DNA of 60,000 bases from contig CM075990.1 of the NCBI GenBank assembly GCA_038087875.1, positions 6,264,001-6,324,000 of the forward strand, written 5' to 3'. This document shows, piece by piece, positions 39,158-54,869 of this stretch; position 1 is the stretch's first letter, and each line of letters begins with the position of its first letter. A program made the translations under genes and the position numbers. Under the pieces are notes generated by a model, which was given only the letters and a program-made list of their open reading frames with translations, made no database searches and was not told where the DNA came from. The DNA is from Malacoraja senta (lineage: Eukaryota).

Positions 39158-39216
39158 TGAAATATGTTTCTTGATGCAAGATTATTTGCCCTGCTTTTAA
39201 ACGGCACCAGCATTTG

Positions 39217-39409
39217 TTGGGACAGGCAGCATCTCTGGAGAAAAGGAATAGGTGACGTTTCGGGTCGAGACCCTTCTTCAGACTCGTGAGTCTGAAGAAA
39301 GGTCTCGACCCGAAACGTTTTCTCCAGAGATGCTGCCCGACACGCTGAGTTGTACCAGCTTTTTGTGTCTATCTTCAGTGTAAACTAGCATCTGCAACTC
39401 CTTCCTACA
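39217..39409. mobile_element. Palindromic Penelope-derived short repeat; intact hammerhead motif on - strand at 39251-39283
   Basis: Reverse complement reads GUCUGAAGAAGGGUCUCGACCCGAAACGUCACC; inverted partner at 39290-39320. Confidence 0.75.
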
Positions 39410-42039
39410 TCACCATTTATTAGGAAATGATGGAGAACCAACATGAACTGAGTTCGTTCATTCATCCTGGTGATCTGAGGGGTTTGCTAATTTCTTTAGC
39501 CAGAAGAGTGGTGAATCTGTGGAGTTCATTGCCACAGACGGCTGTGGAGGCCCAGATATTGGGCATTTTTAGAGCGGAGATTAATAGGTTCAGTAGTAAG
39601 GGCATCAAAGTTTATAGAGAGAGGGCAGTAGGATGGGCTTGAGAGGGGAAAATAGATCCGCCATGATCGGATGGAGAAGCATAGGGGGGGGGGGGAGGTT
39701 AGGGGAAGAGTCTGATTTGCATAATGGATGGGTTGGGTTATGTCTTGGGCAGGATATTTCTCATAACAAAGGTCAATGCATCCTGATGGGGTGCTTCCCA
39801 TGGTGCATCTGTAGACATTGGAAGATTTGTTGAAAACATCTGAATTTCCTTATTGTTGTGAGGAAGTGGAGGTGTGGGTGTGTTTACTTGCTCACAGCAT
39901 TTACCAGGTCAGATTGCTGGTGATATTTACACCAAGGAAGTTGAAGCTCTCGACCATCCCCACTAAAGGACCATTGATGCAGAGTGGGGCCTTTACTGCA
40001 CCCCACTTCCTGACCAGCTCCTTTCTTTTGCCCTCATTGAAGGAGAGATTGTCTTGACACCAATGTACTAAGCCAGTGAGTTTGGCGCCAGTTTTGTCCA
40101 ACAGCTTCATATTGGGGGATGAACAAAACGTGACGGTGTGGATCGACATAAAAAGCCAGAGTAACTCAGCGGGTCAGGCATCATCTCTGGAGAAAAGAAA
40201 TAGGCGACGTTTTGGGTCGAGACCCTTCTTCAGACTGAAGAAAGGACTCGACCTGAAATGTCACCTATTTGTTTTGTCCAGAGATGCTGCCCGACCCGCT
40301 GAGTTACTCTGGCTTTTTGTGTCGATCTTCGATTTAAACCAGCATCTGCAGTTCAATTTCTACACTGGAGAAAGTGTGGGCTTGGTCTACAAGATGGCAG
40401 CGAGTGCGAGCTGCTTCCTAAAGTCTGCCGCCTCCAAGTCTTCGTTTCTGCTACAGCATCTTTTTTCCCAGCAACCCACCACATCAAAACACTTCTAAAA
40501 TGTCTATAGTGACCTTAAGCAAATGTGTCATTGGATTACTTACCAACCTTATCAAAACCTTTTTATTATTTTAATATTAGTATCAGATCTTCCTCTTGGT
40601 CTGTTCGAATAAAAAAGGACATCTCTTTCCCTGGCCTCCAGCATCTCTCGCTCCTGTATAATTGCAATGAATTTGTGTGTGCGTCTGAGTGCGTGCGTGT
40701 ATGGATGGACCACTGTTGGTTTATATGGTGCGCTATCTGCCGAATGTTCTTGCAGTGTTTGTGAACCGAGGGACACTCACTCTCCACAACCCACCTGATC
40801 CAAATAAATACAAACCCAGTACAAACATATTTTAAGAAGCAGCTGCTGTTCTCCAGCAGTGCTGACAGCACTCTGCTATATTAAAGGTCACTGCTGTAGT
40901 GTTGAGGCAGAATGCTGGCCTGTGTTAATGTGCCTTAGGCCACGTAACTTTAACCCAACCGTTAACAAGGTCAACTGACAGTCGGCCTGTTGAATGAGAC
41001 CTCAGTACACGACTGTGTAGGAAGGAACGGCAGATGCTGGTTTAAACCGAAGCTGGACACAAAAAGCCGGGACAGGCAGCATCTCTGGAGAGAAGGATTG
41101 CATGACGTTTCGGGTCGAGACCCTTCTTCACACTCCTTCTGTTTGGACTACATCAGGATTGGTTAATAATTTGGAATAAACGGCGATAAAGCATGGTAAT
41201 CTGGTACAGGATGTCTCTTGGCCTGTATTCTATCGTATTTTGACAGATTGTATTATCAACCCTGCGTAGGAAGAAACTGCAGATGCTGGTTTATACCGAA
41301 GCATCTTCAGTATCTTCACTCTGATGAAGGGTGAAGATACTCGAATCATCACCTATCCTTTTTTACCAGAGATTTGTCGCAAGTCGAACCATCGTAAATC
41401 GGAGAGCACCTGTATAGATCAGAACAGGTTCAGAGGACACTGACATTTTTCAGCCTTATTCCCACATTGTGATATTTTTAAACTCTGAGTGTTAATGGAC
41501 ATAGCATCTGCCTTCTTTACAATAATAAAGCTGTACGTAGAAACATAGAAACATGGAAAGTTGTTACAAGAGTAAGCCATTCGGCCCTTCGAGCCAGCAC
41601 CCCCATTCAATATGATAATCCAAAATCAGTACCCCGTTCCTGCTTTCTCCCCATCTCCCTTGATTCCGTTAGCCCTAAGAGCTAAATCTAACTCTCTCTT
41701 GAAAACATCCAGTGAATTGGCCTCCACTGCCTTCGGTGGCAGAGAATTCCACAGAATTCCATCATGACTATTAAACTTTACTGGCCAGAACCCAATGGTG
41801 TAAAGTGATGCCTGAGCCCAGCTTTGAGGGTCTTCACTGGTAGAGATGACCCTTGCTCTTGAGTAATGTTTAAAGACACAGCAGCTGGGATTGTGTGGAG
41901 TTTTCCCATGCCCTTTCATGGCCATGCCTGTTGCCAGTTTTTTATATTTTGAGTTTTGTGGACCATGATCATTTAAAGATCTTATTTTATGAATCTGACT
42001 GCATTAAAGATCCTTGGGGCCAAATAAAAGTACTATCTT

Positions 42040-42590
42040 TAAACTATGCGCCACAGAAAGCATTTTAACGGCTTCATTACAGCATGGTTTGGGAACAGCT
42101 CCATCCAAGACCAATAAATTGTGGAAAGTTGTGGAAATAGCCCAGACCATCATGCAAACCAACCTGCCTTCCATTGACTCCATCTACACTTCATGCTGCC
42201 TCGGCAAGGCCAGCAGCATAATCAAGGATCAGTCTCACCCCAGACACTCCCTCTTCTCCCATCAAGCAAGAAGTACAGAAGTTTGAAACGCACACCTCCA
42301 GATTCAGGGACAGTTTTATCCCAGCTGTTATCAAGCAACTGAACCGTCCTCTCACCAACCAGAGAGCAGTCCTCACCTTACATCTACTTCAATGGAGACC
42401 TTTGAACTGTCTTATCGGACATGACTGGACTTTATCTTGCACTGGACGTTATACCCTTTGTCCTATATCTGTGCACAGTGGACGGCTTGATTGTATAGTC
42501 TTTACTTTGACTGGATAGCACGCAACAAAAAGCTTTTCACTTACCTCTGTACACATGACAATAATAAATGACTAAACTAAACTAAATAAA
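42040..42590 (+). mobile_element. Rex1/Babar-like LINE 3' fragment
   Basis: ..ESILT..W.G..LPSIDSIYTSCCLGKASSIIKDQSHP..; ends aataaa(ctaaa)n; related pieces at 39720-40140 (-), 44930-45290 (-), 48000-49120 (+). Confidence 0.65.
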
Positions 42591-43634
42591 TTAGAAATCT
42601 AATTTTTCATTTTTATGAGGATATACTATTTGCTCTCCCAGAATCATCATTTTGGAAAGTGCCTCTGGGTCAGGGAAGACTTGCTGCTTCTCCAGTTCTG
42701 TGTGTTTAGAGGTGATGGTGAGGCTGGTGAGAGACCCAGTCCCATCCACAGATGGGGCAGGAGGTGTCTGATGGTGTGGGCACATAGAAACATTGAAACA
42801 TAGAAAATACGTGCAAGAGTAGGCCATTTGGCCCTTCGAACCATTCAATATGACCATGGCTGATCATCCAAAATCATTACCCCTTCCTGCTTTTTCCCCA
42901 TATCCCTTGATTCCTTTAGCCCTAAGAGCTAAATCTAACTCTCTCTTGAAACCATCCAGTGAATTGGCCTCCACTGCCTTCTGTGGCAGAGAATTCCACA
43001 GATTAGCAACTCTCTGGGTGAAAAAGGTTTTCCTCATCTCCTCTCGGGGTGAAAAAAAATTTCTTCACCACATTGAGAGATGGTGCACAGAAAATTGTTC
43101 AAATCATTTAGACACCATAGTTAGTTTTAGTCACTTTTTATTGGACTATTTGATTTTGCTTGAGAAAGTTTTGAACATAGTGTAACTTTTATTTCAGTGT
43201 TGCACAACTATTTTACTTCATATTCCTGCTTAATTATTTCACTTATTATTCCTGAATCAAATGAATTCTTTAGCATCAAATACAGGCAGTGTTGAATTAT
43301 TTACATTGCTTAATTAAAATTATTTATGACCAAGACATTTTATTAAAAAATAGTTCATCATGTATTGATTCATGTTACTGGGTCATTGTCGGGTCTCGGA
43401 CCCACTAATATCTTATTGAGTATTCACTCTGGTGTTCTTCCTCCAAAATAAATCCCCTCAACAAAAACAAACTTCTGGAATTATTTCCCTAAACCCCTCG
43501 ACCGCTTTTGCTTTAGGAAAATCTACATCTGTTACTAAACTTCTACTCCCTTTCCCTGTATCCCTTTCTTGGAGCCCAATGTCTTTGATAATGTTCCTGA
43601 GAAGTGTCCTGTGAGGTTAAAGTTCAAGTTGTTT

Positions 43635-44645
<1,011 letters not shown>

Positions 44646-45987
44646 CATTTTTCTGTTTATTTGCACACACGAGGCCAAGAATTAATTTGGGAATTCTTTG
44701 GAAGAATGAGAAGGTATTTTGTAGAAGAATTGAGAAGAGATTTAACTGAGGTTTATAAGATTCTGAGGCGACTAGACGGGCTGGTGACATGGAGAATACT
44801 TTCCCTGGCATTGGGAGAAAGAGCCCAAAACAATGTTCACAGTCCCTGGCTACAGCACAAGAGATTTGGCAATAAGGTTAGGAAAAAAATCTGTACTGAG
44901 GATAAAGCCAAATTGTTAAGTAAGTAAGTAAGTTTATTGGCCAAGTATTCACATACAAGGAATTTGCCTTAGTGCTCCGCCCACAAGTAACAACATGACA
45001 TACAGTGAGAGTTACGAATGACTCAGACAACACTAAACATTAATAATAATAAGACATTAATGATAAAACACCATTGATCAAGCATGTGAACCAACAAAAT
45101 ACCAGATCAAAGGGAGGCTACAGATTTTTGGCTGTTGAGTAGAGCAACTACTCGTGGATAAAAACTGTTTTTATGTCTGGCTTTGGCAGCTTTGACAATC
45201 TGGAGTCGCCTTCCAGAGGGAAGTGATTCAAAGGGTTTGTGGCCAGGGTGAGAGGGGTCAGAGATGAACTTGCCCGCTCGCTTCCTGGTTGAATATATTT
45301 AAGAAGATCACAGCTGAATTCCTGGAGAGAAGGAATGGGTGAGGTTTCAGGTCAAGACCCTTCTTCAGATGGTTATTGTGGTCTCCAAGATTCTACCATC
45401 CATCCTGTTATGACCTTCAAAAATCTTCTCAACATTTACTCCCAATTTCTCTCCGTTTAATAGTTTCTTCCCCAAACAGACCTGACGGATTTAGTCTCCC
45501 CAGTAAATCTACAAACCCCTGAAGAAAACCAGTTGGACCATGTTCTGTCATGCTTACCCAATTACACCCTGACCTTTGTGGCTTGGTGGTACTTGGTGTG
45601 CAGAGTTGCCGGGAAAACGACTGGGAAAATATTCCTTGCCCAGTGGATTCAAAATCAAGAGGTAGAGCAAGCGTGAATTGGTCACCATTCTTTATTCTGC
45701 GAACATGATTGCAACAACTTCAATTAAACCTAGCTGATATTTTGGGGAATTTTCAGTTCTTGTGCGCAGACAATAGTGGAACTGGAATCTTGCTCAGCAA
45801 TTTGCCAAATTACTGTAGATTTCTAACGAGACAGGCAGAATTTTTCTTTGTTTTCTTTGTTTATTTTTGCCTGTTTCCAGTTCTTGAATTCTCATGATTC
45901 AGAAGCGTGTTAAATAAATTCCGCTTTGTTGGTGCATGTTGTAAGGGTGCTGAAGCGTTGCCGTGCATTTGAAACTTCTGGCAACTC

Positions 45988-46187
45988 NNNNNNNNNNNNN
46001 NNNNNNNNNNNNNNNNNNNNNNNNNNNNNNNNNNNNNNNNNNNNNNNNNNNNNNNNNNNNNNNNNNNNNNNNNNNNNNNNNNNNNNNNNNNNNNNNNNNN
46101 NNNNNNNNNNNNNNNNNNNNNNNNNNNNNNNNNNNNNNNNNNNNNNNNNNNNNNNNNNNNNNNNNNNNNNNNNNNNNNNNNNNNNNN
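45988..46187. other. Assembly gap (200 N)
   Basis: Run of exactly 200 N. Confidence 0.99.
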
Positions 46188-46799
46188 CAACTAGACTGGG
46201 CAGCAGGTGGAGGTTCTGTGAACTGATCTCTACCTCCTCAAGCAATGAGCTGCACAGTTTGATCTTTCCTGTCTAATCGTGGCTCAAACTGAACTTGGAG
46301 AGGGAACACAAACAGCAGATATGTTTACATTTGGTTACAGCCTTTTAAAAAATGCTTGAGCTCATTTCACACGGTCCATAACTAACTGCTTTTGAAGTCT
46401 AGAAAGAAGGAACTGCAAGGAACGGCTGGTTACAAAAGAAGACACAAAGGGCTGGAGTAACTCAGCAGGCCAGGCAGTATCTCTGAAGATGCATGGTTAG
46501 GTGACATTTTTGGTTCAGGACCCTTCTTCACGCCTACCATGTTCAATTTAGATGTTGTAGGAACGAACTGCAGATGCTGGTTTAAACCGAAGATAGACAC
46601 AAAATGCTGGAGTAACTCAGCGGGACAGGCAGCATCAAAGATCCTATAGCAAAGCAGCATCTCTGGATCAAAGGAATGGGTGATGTTTCAGGTCGAGACC
46701 CTTCTTCAGACTTTAATTTAGAGATACAGCATGGAAAGAGATCCTTCTGCCTCAAGTCCATGCTGACTATTGGTCACCCGCTCATCAGTTCTACAGTAT

Positions 46800-47491
46800 T
46801 TGTTTGCTGCATAAAACTTTATAGATTTTGGAGTGATATTTTTGAAATATTTACAAAATTATTTAAGATAAGAATGGAACCCAATACTGAATTGATTATA
46901 TTTGGAGTAATGGAAGATGGGAATAAATTGAATTCATCTCAAAATTTATTTTTAAATTATGGTTTAATAATAGCAAAAAAATGAATACTTGAATTTTGGA
47001 AAAATACACCAATACCAACGCTCAAGATGTGGATCGCAAGCATGTTGGACACCGCACATCTTGAGGAAATGCGATTCCTCCTAATAGATAAATCAGACCA
47101 ATTCATAACGAGTTGGTCTCCATTTGTCGTCTTTTTGGAATCATATGGTGCAACACAATTGTAAAAGCTAACTGTCTCGGGACTGGGCGAGGGATGGTCA
47201 AGATTATAAATAATGATGATCTTACTTCTTTTTTTTCTTTTTTTTACTCTCTTTTCCCCATTTTCTTTTCTTTAACTTTCTTCTTTCATTCTTTTTTCTT
47301 CTTCTTCACACACTATATATCTCACATTTTTCTATACTTTATTAGCTAATTTATTTTTCTTATTCTTCTTTATTATAATAAAAAAATAAGAAGCTGGACA
47401 TAAAATGTATTATGAAAATATATTTTAGGCACTTTGGTACCATACGATTGTACTAATAAAATTAAAATATTTTAAATTAAAAAAAAAAAAA
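46800..47491 (+). mobile_element. 5'-truncated L1-clade LINE with polyA tail, inserted in a minus-strand V-SINE
   Basis: L1-like ORF2 end (FWSDIFEIFTKLF..IIFG..YGLIIAKK*ILEFWK..W), AATAAA + A-tail, 11-bp TSD ttctacagtat (46789-46799, 47492-47502). Confidence 0.8.
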
Positions 47492-47739
47492 TTCTACAGT
47501 ATCCCACATTCCCATCCACTCCTTTCACACTAGGGCCAATTTATTTACAAACTCACACGTCTTTAGGATGTGGGAGGAAACCGGAGCACCCAGAAGAAAT
47601 CCACATGGTCTCAGGGAGAACTTGCAAACTCCACACAGACAGCACCAGAAGTCAGGATCGAACCTTGGACCCTGGGCCTGTGAGGCAGTAGCTCCTCCAG
47701 CTGCACCACTCTGCCACCCTTGTTTCAACTCTCTTTCCT

Positions 47740-47990
47740 ATTTCCACATTGGTCTGTGTCCACTGACATGTTGAGGCCAACTGTAAGTTAGAAGAACAAC
47801 ACCGCATATTCCACTTGGACAGGCTACAACTCAATGGGATGAACATTGAGTTTAGCCCATCTCAGGTAACCCCCACCCCAGTGTTCCTTTCCCACACCAA
47901 CTGATCCATGAAGGGCCTCTCACTTTGTTCACTGTTCCCTTTCTCCCTCTTCCCTCACCGGGTTCCATCTGCCCATTATCCATACACTTC
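47740..47990 (+). mobile_element. Penelope-like ORF-end fragment
   Basis: Encodes KLEEQHRIFHLDRLQLNGMNIEFS. Confidence 0.65.
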
Positions 47991-50900
47991 TCTCGCTCTC
48001 TCTTCCCCCGAATGTGCAGCCAGACAAATCTCCAATATCTTCTATAATTTTGCCAACAATATGTTGCTGGACGAATAACAGGGAATGCTGTAGGATCACA
48101 GGTGGGAGACCGACAATGTGTTTGAGTGATTCCACAACAATAATCTTGTTCTCAACGTTAGCAAGAGTAAAGAGCTGATTGTTGACACCCACAATGGAAA
48201 GTCAAGGGACCATGAATCTCCCTTCTGTGGTGAAATGGTGGTGGAGAAAGCCAAGTTCCTGGGAATACCCATCCCTCGTGATCTATCCTGGGATCGGCAC
48301 ATTGATGCAATCATAAAGAAGGATCATCAATGTGAGACACAAAATGCAGGAGTAACTCAGCGGGACAGGCAGCATCTCTGGAGAGGAGGAATGGGTGACG
48401 TTTCTGGTCGAGACCGTTATTCTGACCCGATAGTCTCGACCCGAAACGTCACCGATACCTTCTCACCAGAAATGCTGCCCGTCCCGCTGAGTTTACTCCA
48501 GATTTTTGTGTCTATCTTTGGTTTAAACCAGCATCGACAGATTCTTCCTACACAAATGCCTCTACTTCCTCAGAGGTTTAAGGAGTTCCGGCATGTAGCT
48601 GAATATTCTATTGAACCTCGACAGTGGAGGTTGGCCACCAGAACGGAGGAGAGCAGGCTGACTGGTTGCATCGTGGTTGCGTTGGGTAACTTGAAAGCCC
48701 AAGAATGAAGGAGGCTGCGAAAGTGGAGAACAATGCCCCATCACGGGTACTAACCTCGCCACCATCAGAGAGATCTGCGGGAAGCACTGCATCAAGAATG
48801 CGGCTGATATCAAAGTCCCACGCTTGCATCTCGTTGATACCATCGGGAAGAAGGTACAGGAGCCCGAGAACTGTGACCTCCAGGTTCGAGACTAGGTTCT
48901 TCGCATCAACCACCAGGCTCTTGACCAACCTGCGCATCCCTAACCACAATCATATCTCAGCACCAAACTACTAAAGTTGCATTATAATGGTCTGCTTACC
49001 TAGTACAACTTAGAATGATTGTTTTATTGTTTATTATATTTATTTGTTGTTGTGATGGCAAAGCTGCAGCAAGTAAGAATTTCATTGTTCTGATCCTGGT
49101 GCGTATGACAATTAAACTCTTGATCTACAACCAAAACTGAAGATGACATTATATTGAGACTGCATGGAGAAAGTTACTTCATTACACACTATCCCTCCTA
49201 AAGTGGATGGTATTACTTCCTACTTGGAGATGAAGTCTGGAAACAGGCTTTTAGGCCCAGCAAGTCCACGCCGATCATATCAAACAGAGAGCACAGCACA
49301 GGAACAGGCCCATCAGCCCATAAAGCCTGTGCTGAACATAATGCCAGGATGAACTAATCTACTTTGACTGCACGTGATCCATAACCCTTCCATTTCCATG
49401 TGTCTATCTAAAAGCCTCTTAAATACCACTTTAGTATCTGCCTCCACCTCCGCTCCTGTCCACACATTGCAGGCACCCACCCACCACTCTCTGTGTAAAA
49501 AAAAAATCTTACCCTGCACATCTCTTTTCATCTTTGCCCCTCTCACCTTAAGGCTATGCCCTTTGCCATTTCCACCTTGTGGGAAATGGTTCTGACTGGC
49601 TTCTGATGCGGTTGATATTTGGCAAATAGGCATGGGCCAAATGCAAGCATATGGGATTAACATAATGGGACAATTAGGTGGGATCTATGATTCTGTTGAG
49701 CTCTTTTTAAAACTCGCATGGTTCTGGTAATATTTTGGTTATCCTAGTGGAAGGAATACAAATGTGTTAGGAAATCCAAAGCCAAACTAAGATTGACACA
49801 GTATGATAGAGTCACTCAGTGGGACAGGCAGCATCTCTGGAGAGAAGGAACGGGTGACGTTTTGTGTTTAGACCCTTCTTCATTCTCTCCAGAGATGCTG
49901 CTTGTTCCTTCTCTCCAGATACTGAATTACTCCAGCATTTTGTGTCCATTTAGGTTGTACACCAGCATCTGCAGTTCCTTCCTGCACACCAAAGGCCAAC
50001 TAATTGTTTTTATTTAGTATTACTTTGTGATTACAAAATTGAATGTCCAGATTTCACTTTAATCATTTATTTATTGCAACTCCACCCAAGAGTTCCCTTG
50101 GTTTCAACTTTTAAAAACTATCCAAGTCTTGATTTAAATCTCAAAGTCACTTACTTTTCCAGGGTGTGAACGGTGCCTGTGGTGAAAATTGTCTTGCTCT
50201 TTGAGGTTTTATGGGCACTGGCAGGAGTTTCAAAGACCTGGCCATGGGATTGCCATGGAGAGCAAGAGCTGTTCTGTTCTGCAGGTGTGGAAAGGCATAT
50301 TCATTGCCTGACATTGCGGGGTAAGCTGCCACTAAAGCCGTCTGAAGAAGTGTCTCGACCCGAAACATCACCCATTCCCTCTATCCAGAGATGCTGCCTG
50401 TCCCACTGAGTTACTCCAGCATTTTGTGTCTATCTTCAGTTTACAAATATCTTCACCATATTTATATCCATTTTCCTGCAAACCTATGTAATAGAAGTTT
50501 GTACGTCTTCTTCCCCATCTCTAACTGCACAGCATTAACAGCCAATTAACTCCAAGGTACATTATAACCACTTTAAAGCAAAACCACTGGTTGGAACACT
50601 TTCAGTCCTTTAATCGGATCCATTCTTAAACCTAGGCTTGCATTGAAGGATACAAACTGCTGGAGTAACACAGCGGGTCAGACAGGCAGCATTTCCGGAG
50701 AGAAGGAATGGGTGACGTTTTGGGCCGAGACCCCTCTTCAGACTATTTTCGGGTAGGTGATGTTTGGGGTCAGAATTTTTCTTCAGACTCGGGCTTGCAT
50801 TAAATATTTTTCCAAAGTGTTCAAACAGCAATTTCACAGGTTAAAAGCACAGCATGGAAATGAAATAGAACTCATGACTGGTGGGGGGAAAATATATAGG

Positions 50901-53166
50901 CTGACATCATAAGCCTGAAACAGAGAGCTTGCCTTTGAATGCTGCACCAGCTCCATTCTGGGCTGTAATCCTCTGGGCATAGACACAGTGGCTTTCCCTC
51001 TCCTCTTTGTTTACTTAGTTATACAATATCGTGTCTGCCTCACCATCATCGCCTGCAACTTCCCGTAAATCAAATCGACTCAAACAGCTGGTCAACATTT
51101 GAGCTGCAATGGAATCCACACAAGTAGTTCAACCTCATCAAAATTAACCTTGAACCGAAGACAACTGCCTGTCTGAGACAGCAATCAAGAGATAGTCAGC
51201 TTTAAAACAGGGTTTATAAAAACTAATTACATAAACATTTAATCGGCTGCGTAATTTTGATATAAAAGTTGCCCAACCTTTCTGCTGGAAGTGAAGTAAA
51301 CATGATGAGGACATCAAAACGTTGACAGTTCCAAGATTTTATTATTTTTTTGCAAAGCAAAATGGTTAGCAGTCTTAGGTGCCAAAAGCAATATTTTGTT
51401 TCTTATCTCCATGGCTGTGACTCATGTAAATGCCCTGAGTTAAATTCCTGCTTTGTCCTTTCACCCTTTAGGGAGACTGTCCGAGGGATAATGGCTAAGT
51501 CAGTAACTGCGGAATGATCAGCATTGCTTTAAGCTAGTGAAACCTGGCTACTCAACTGGAAGTAACATTGGAATATGTTGTGGAGCCTGATTTAGTTCCA
51601 GGGACTCCTGTAGTTTTATGTCTCACACAGAATGGTATTTTATGTGGATCAATCAGGGTGCAGCAGTAATATTGTGGCATATTTGGCTGATGAAATGCAT
51701 ATAATTGCCCTTGAAAGCAAATTTTACAGCTGAAATTGTAACAGCAATCAGCTTTCAAAATAAAGCTTTCGTAATAAAAATAGTAATTTAATTGTGACAG
51801 TTGGGGTTTTGATGGTTACAGAATAAATTGCTTAAAATCTTCATATTTTTTAAGGGTAGTCACACATTTCAAAACAGATTCATATTTAATTAAAATACAA
51901 GCTGATATTGAGAAGATGATACCCACCACTGTGATATGTTTAGAGAACAGACAGTGAAATGGAGGAAAGTTCATTCACTGTCAAGCATTTTAAGCTGTGC
52001 TGAGCTTAGAACTTTGCTATGTAAATATGCCATCTCTCCTAAACTTCATTGTCAGAAAACTTTAAATAATTTCAAAATATGAACACTGTCTTAACCCTTC
52101 ACCTAAAACTTTGCGTTCCGCTAATGAATTAGTTTTCTGATTTTAGCCCCGATATATTATTTAGTTCCTCAACCTGAAAGTTAACAATATGATTCCTTAT
52201 TTAAATAGAGTCATGGAAACATCATGGATACAGCGTCAAACAGGCCCTTCCGTCCACCAGGCCTTTGCTGACAATCAGTGATCAATCCAACATTAATCTA
52301 GTCATTTTTATTTTCCCTATTTTCTCATCAATTATTCCTCACCCCCCCCCCCCCCCCCCCCACCACTCAGATTCCACCATTTCCCTATATGCTAGGGGCA
52401 AGCAATTAACAGCAGCCAATTAACCTACTAGTTCAAAATTCTTTGGGACATGGGATGAAACTGGAGCACTTGGTCTCAACCACATGGTCATAGGTGAGCA
52501 AGTGCAAACTCCATACATTCAGCAGCGGAGGTGAGGATTGAACTCCAGCCACTGGCACTGTGGGGCAGTGGCTCTACTAGGTGTTCCACTGTGCTACCCA
52601 TGAACATGCAGTGCATCTTTTGTAATATTTGTAACATATATTGTGGCCTGTGATTTGGTGAGTGTGGTGAAGCAACAATGTCTGCAGTAATTCACACATC
52701 TCTCAGATATCCCTTCATGGCATCTTCAGTGTCCACCGTCAGTGAATTCACAAGCTGGCTGAGGTAGCAATTTCATTGAATAAGCCTCACAGACTACAAG
52801 CTCACGTTTATATATTCATCATTTTACTGAATGTTAAATAAAAATTATAATAAAGATGGAAGATAAAATATTACAACATTCTTTAAATTGTTTTGTTTTC
52901 AAACACACTATATTGTGTATATATTATAATAAGTTTTAAAACTAAAAAATATATATGAATTATACAAGATAGTGAGTGTTAAATATGAGTGTGTGTGTAT
53001 ATATATAGTTTACAGATACAGTGATACAGTGGGAGGAAAGCGAAGATCTCGGAGAAAACCCACGCAGGTCACGGCGAGAACGTACAAACTCCATACGAAC
53101 CCGGGTCTCCGGCACTGCAAGCACGGAATGGCAGCAACTCTACCACTGCACCACCGTGCTTCCCTT

Positions 53167-53248
53167 ATATATACATATATATATATATATATAATATATA
53201 AATGTGTGTGTGTGTGTGTGTGTGTATAGATATATATATATATATATA
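53167..53248. repeat. Compound (TA)n/(TG)n microsatellite
   Basis: Direct reading. Confidence 0.9.
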
Positions 53249-54444
53249 GTGAGTTTTAAAACAGAAAATATTTTTAAGAAGATTGAGAGGGAGAATTAAA
53301 ATCCACATTAAATTTGTTTTTAGTGACTACAAGCAGTAATTATGGTTCAGCTGCCATTTCGTGGACTGCACTCACATCTAACAAAATGTATCGTTTTCAG
53401 ATAATGTTACAGAGGGGATAGTTCAGACACACCTGAAATATTAATCAAATCATAGATTACTATGGAGGAGCCATTAAAAGTGGACTGTAGAGGAATGCTG
53501 GATTACTGAACGGATGTCTCCTTCATTTAACGCACGCACAGAAATCCATATGTTGCTAGTAGTTTCACGGTTAATGCTAACCGTTTTACTATTAGTTCAA
53601 CCACAAGCAGCGGAAACCTCTCTGGTCAAAACCAAATTCCTTAACACAGCTTGCAATCCATTGAAAAGTGAGCATTGAAAGCAAAAGCTAAAATTGGAAA
53701 ATAATTTTATTTTATTTTACACGTGAGGCTGCCGATAAGCGTAAGTTCCTAGAGCACATATCTTGTAGCCAATGTCATTGGCCCTTACATCTCTAAATAG
53801 CAACTGCCATTACATAAGAACAGAGATGAACCCAAGTTTCTTAATATTTGCCTATACTGCTCAACACTTATCTCAGTGCCACTTTCCTGCCATAACCTCT
53901 TATCCCCTAATTCCTTTCAAAATACAAAAATATATCAATCCCTTACTCAAATAGACTGAGTAACTGAACCTCCACAACCATCTTGGGCAGAGAGTTCCAA
54001 ACATTCATTGCCCTTTGATGAAGAAATTTATTCTCAGCTCATTCCAGATCGTCCAACCCTTTATTCTAAGACTGTAGCCCTTGATTTTTGACACCACAAC
54101 CAAGGGAATTATCAATCACCATTACATTTGCTTTGCCAAGCCCCAGAGGAACGTCAATTGTTTCAATGGGATCACCTCTTTTTCCTTCCAGGGTATATAA
54201 GATCAGTCTGATTAATATCTCCTCATAAAACACACCAATACAAAATCTCCACCAACACCACTTTAATTGATGTTGATGTTGGCGATAAAGAAAGACACAA
54301 AGTTCTGGAGTAACTCAGCGGGCCAGGCAGCATCTCTGGAGAACATGGATGGGTGACGTTTCATGTTGGGACCCTTCTTCAGACTGATTGCAGGAAGGTC
54401 AGGAAAGAAAGCTTGAAATTGAGGGGAGGTAGATCAGAGCATCA

Positions 54445-54869
54445 AGGGCCTGTCCCACTTTCACGACTTAATTCAAAACCTCTGCTGAGTTTAAAGTACC
54501 TAAAAAAAAATCAAGATCATGGTAATCTACAAACTCCTACGACCTTCCATGACTATGTTCACGAACTCCTACGAACTCCTACGAGTATGTCTACGAATGC
54601 CCACGACTAATTTGATGCCCTCCTTACGAGTAAAAAGTTGCAATTTCTTTCATCCTGACCATTTTTTTTACTCGTGGACATTTTTTACCAGGCTGGAAAA
54701 AAGTCCCGACTTACCTGATGCCACGAGTACCTACGGCTATCATAATGGGCCGCTACGATATATCTATGAACTCCTAAGACCTCCTACTGACTCGTTACGA
54801 ACATTCTGCGAGTTTGAATCAAGGGGAAAACTCGGGAGAATTCGTGAATAACTCGTGAAAGTGGGCCCT
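54445..54869. mobile_element. MITE with AGGGCCTGTCCCACTT TIR and internal (actcctacga)-like repeats; right TIR partly deleted
   Basis: agggcctgtcccactttcacga ... tcgtgaaagtgggccct; nested in a Penelope-derived repeat. Confidence 0.75.

Noticed and set aside
52690..52765. GFPT exon 19 remnant (ISLHGIFSVHRQ*) or a minus-strand C-terminal exon (LSQLVNSLTVDTEDAMKGYLRDV*)
   Set aside because: Similarity covers only a few residues, with in-frame stops and weak splice context; consistent with chance.
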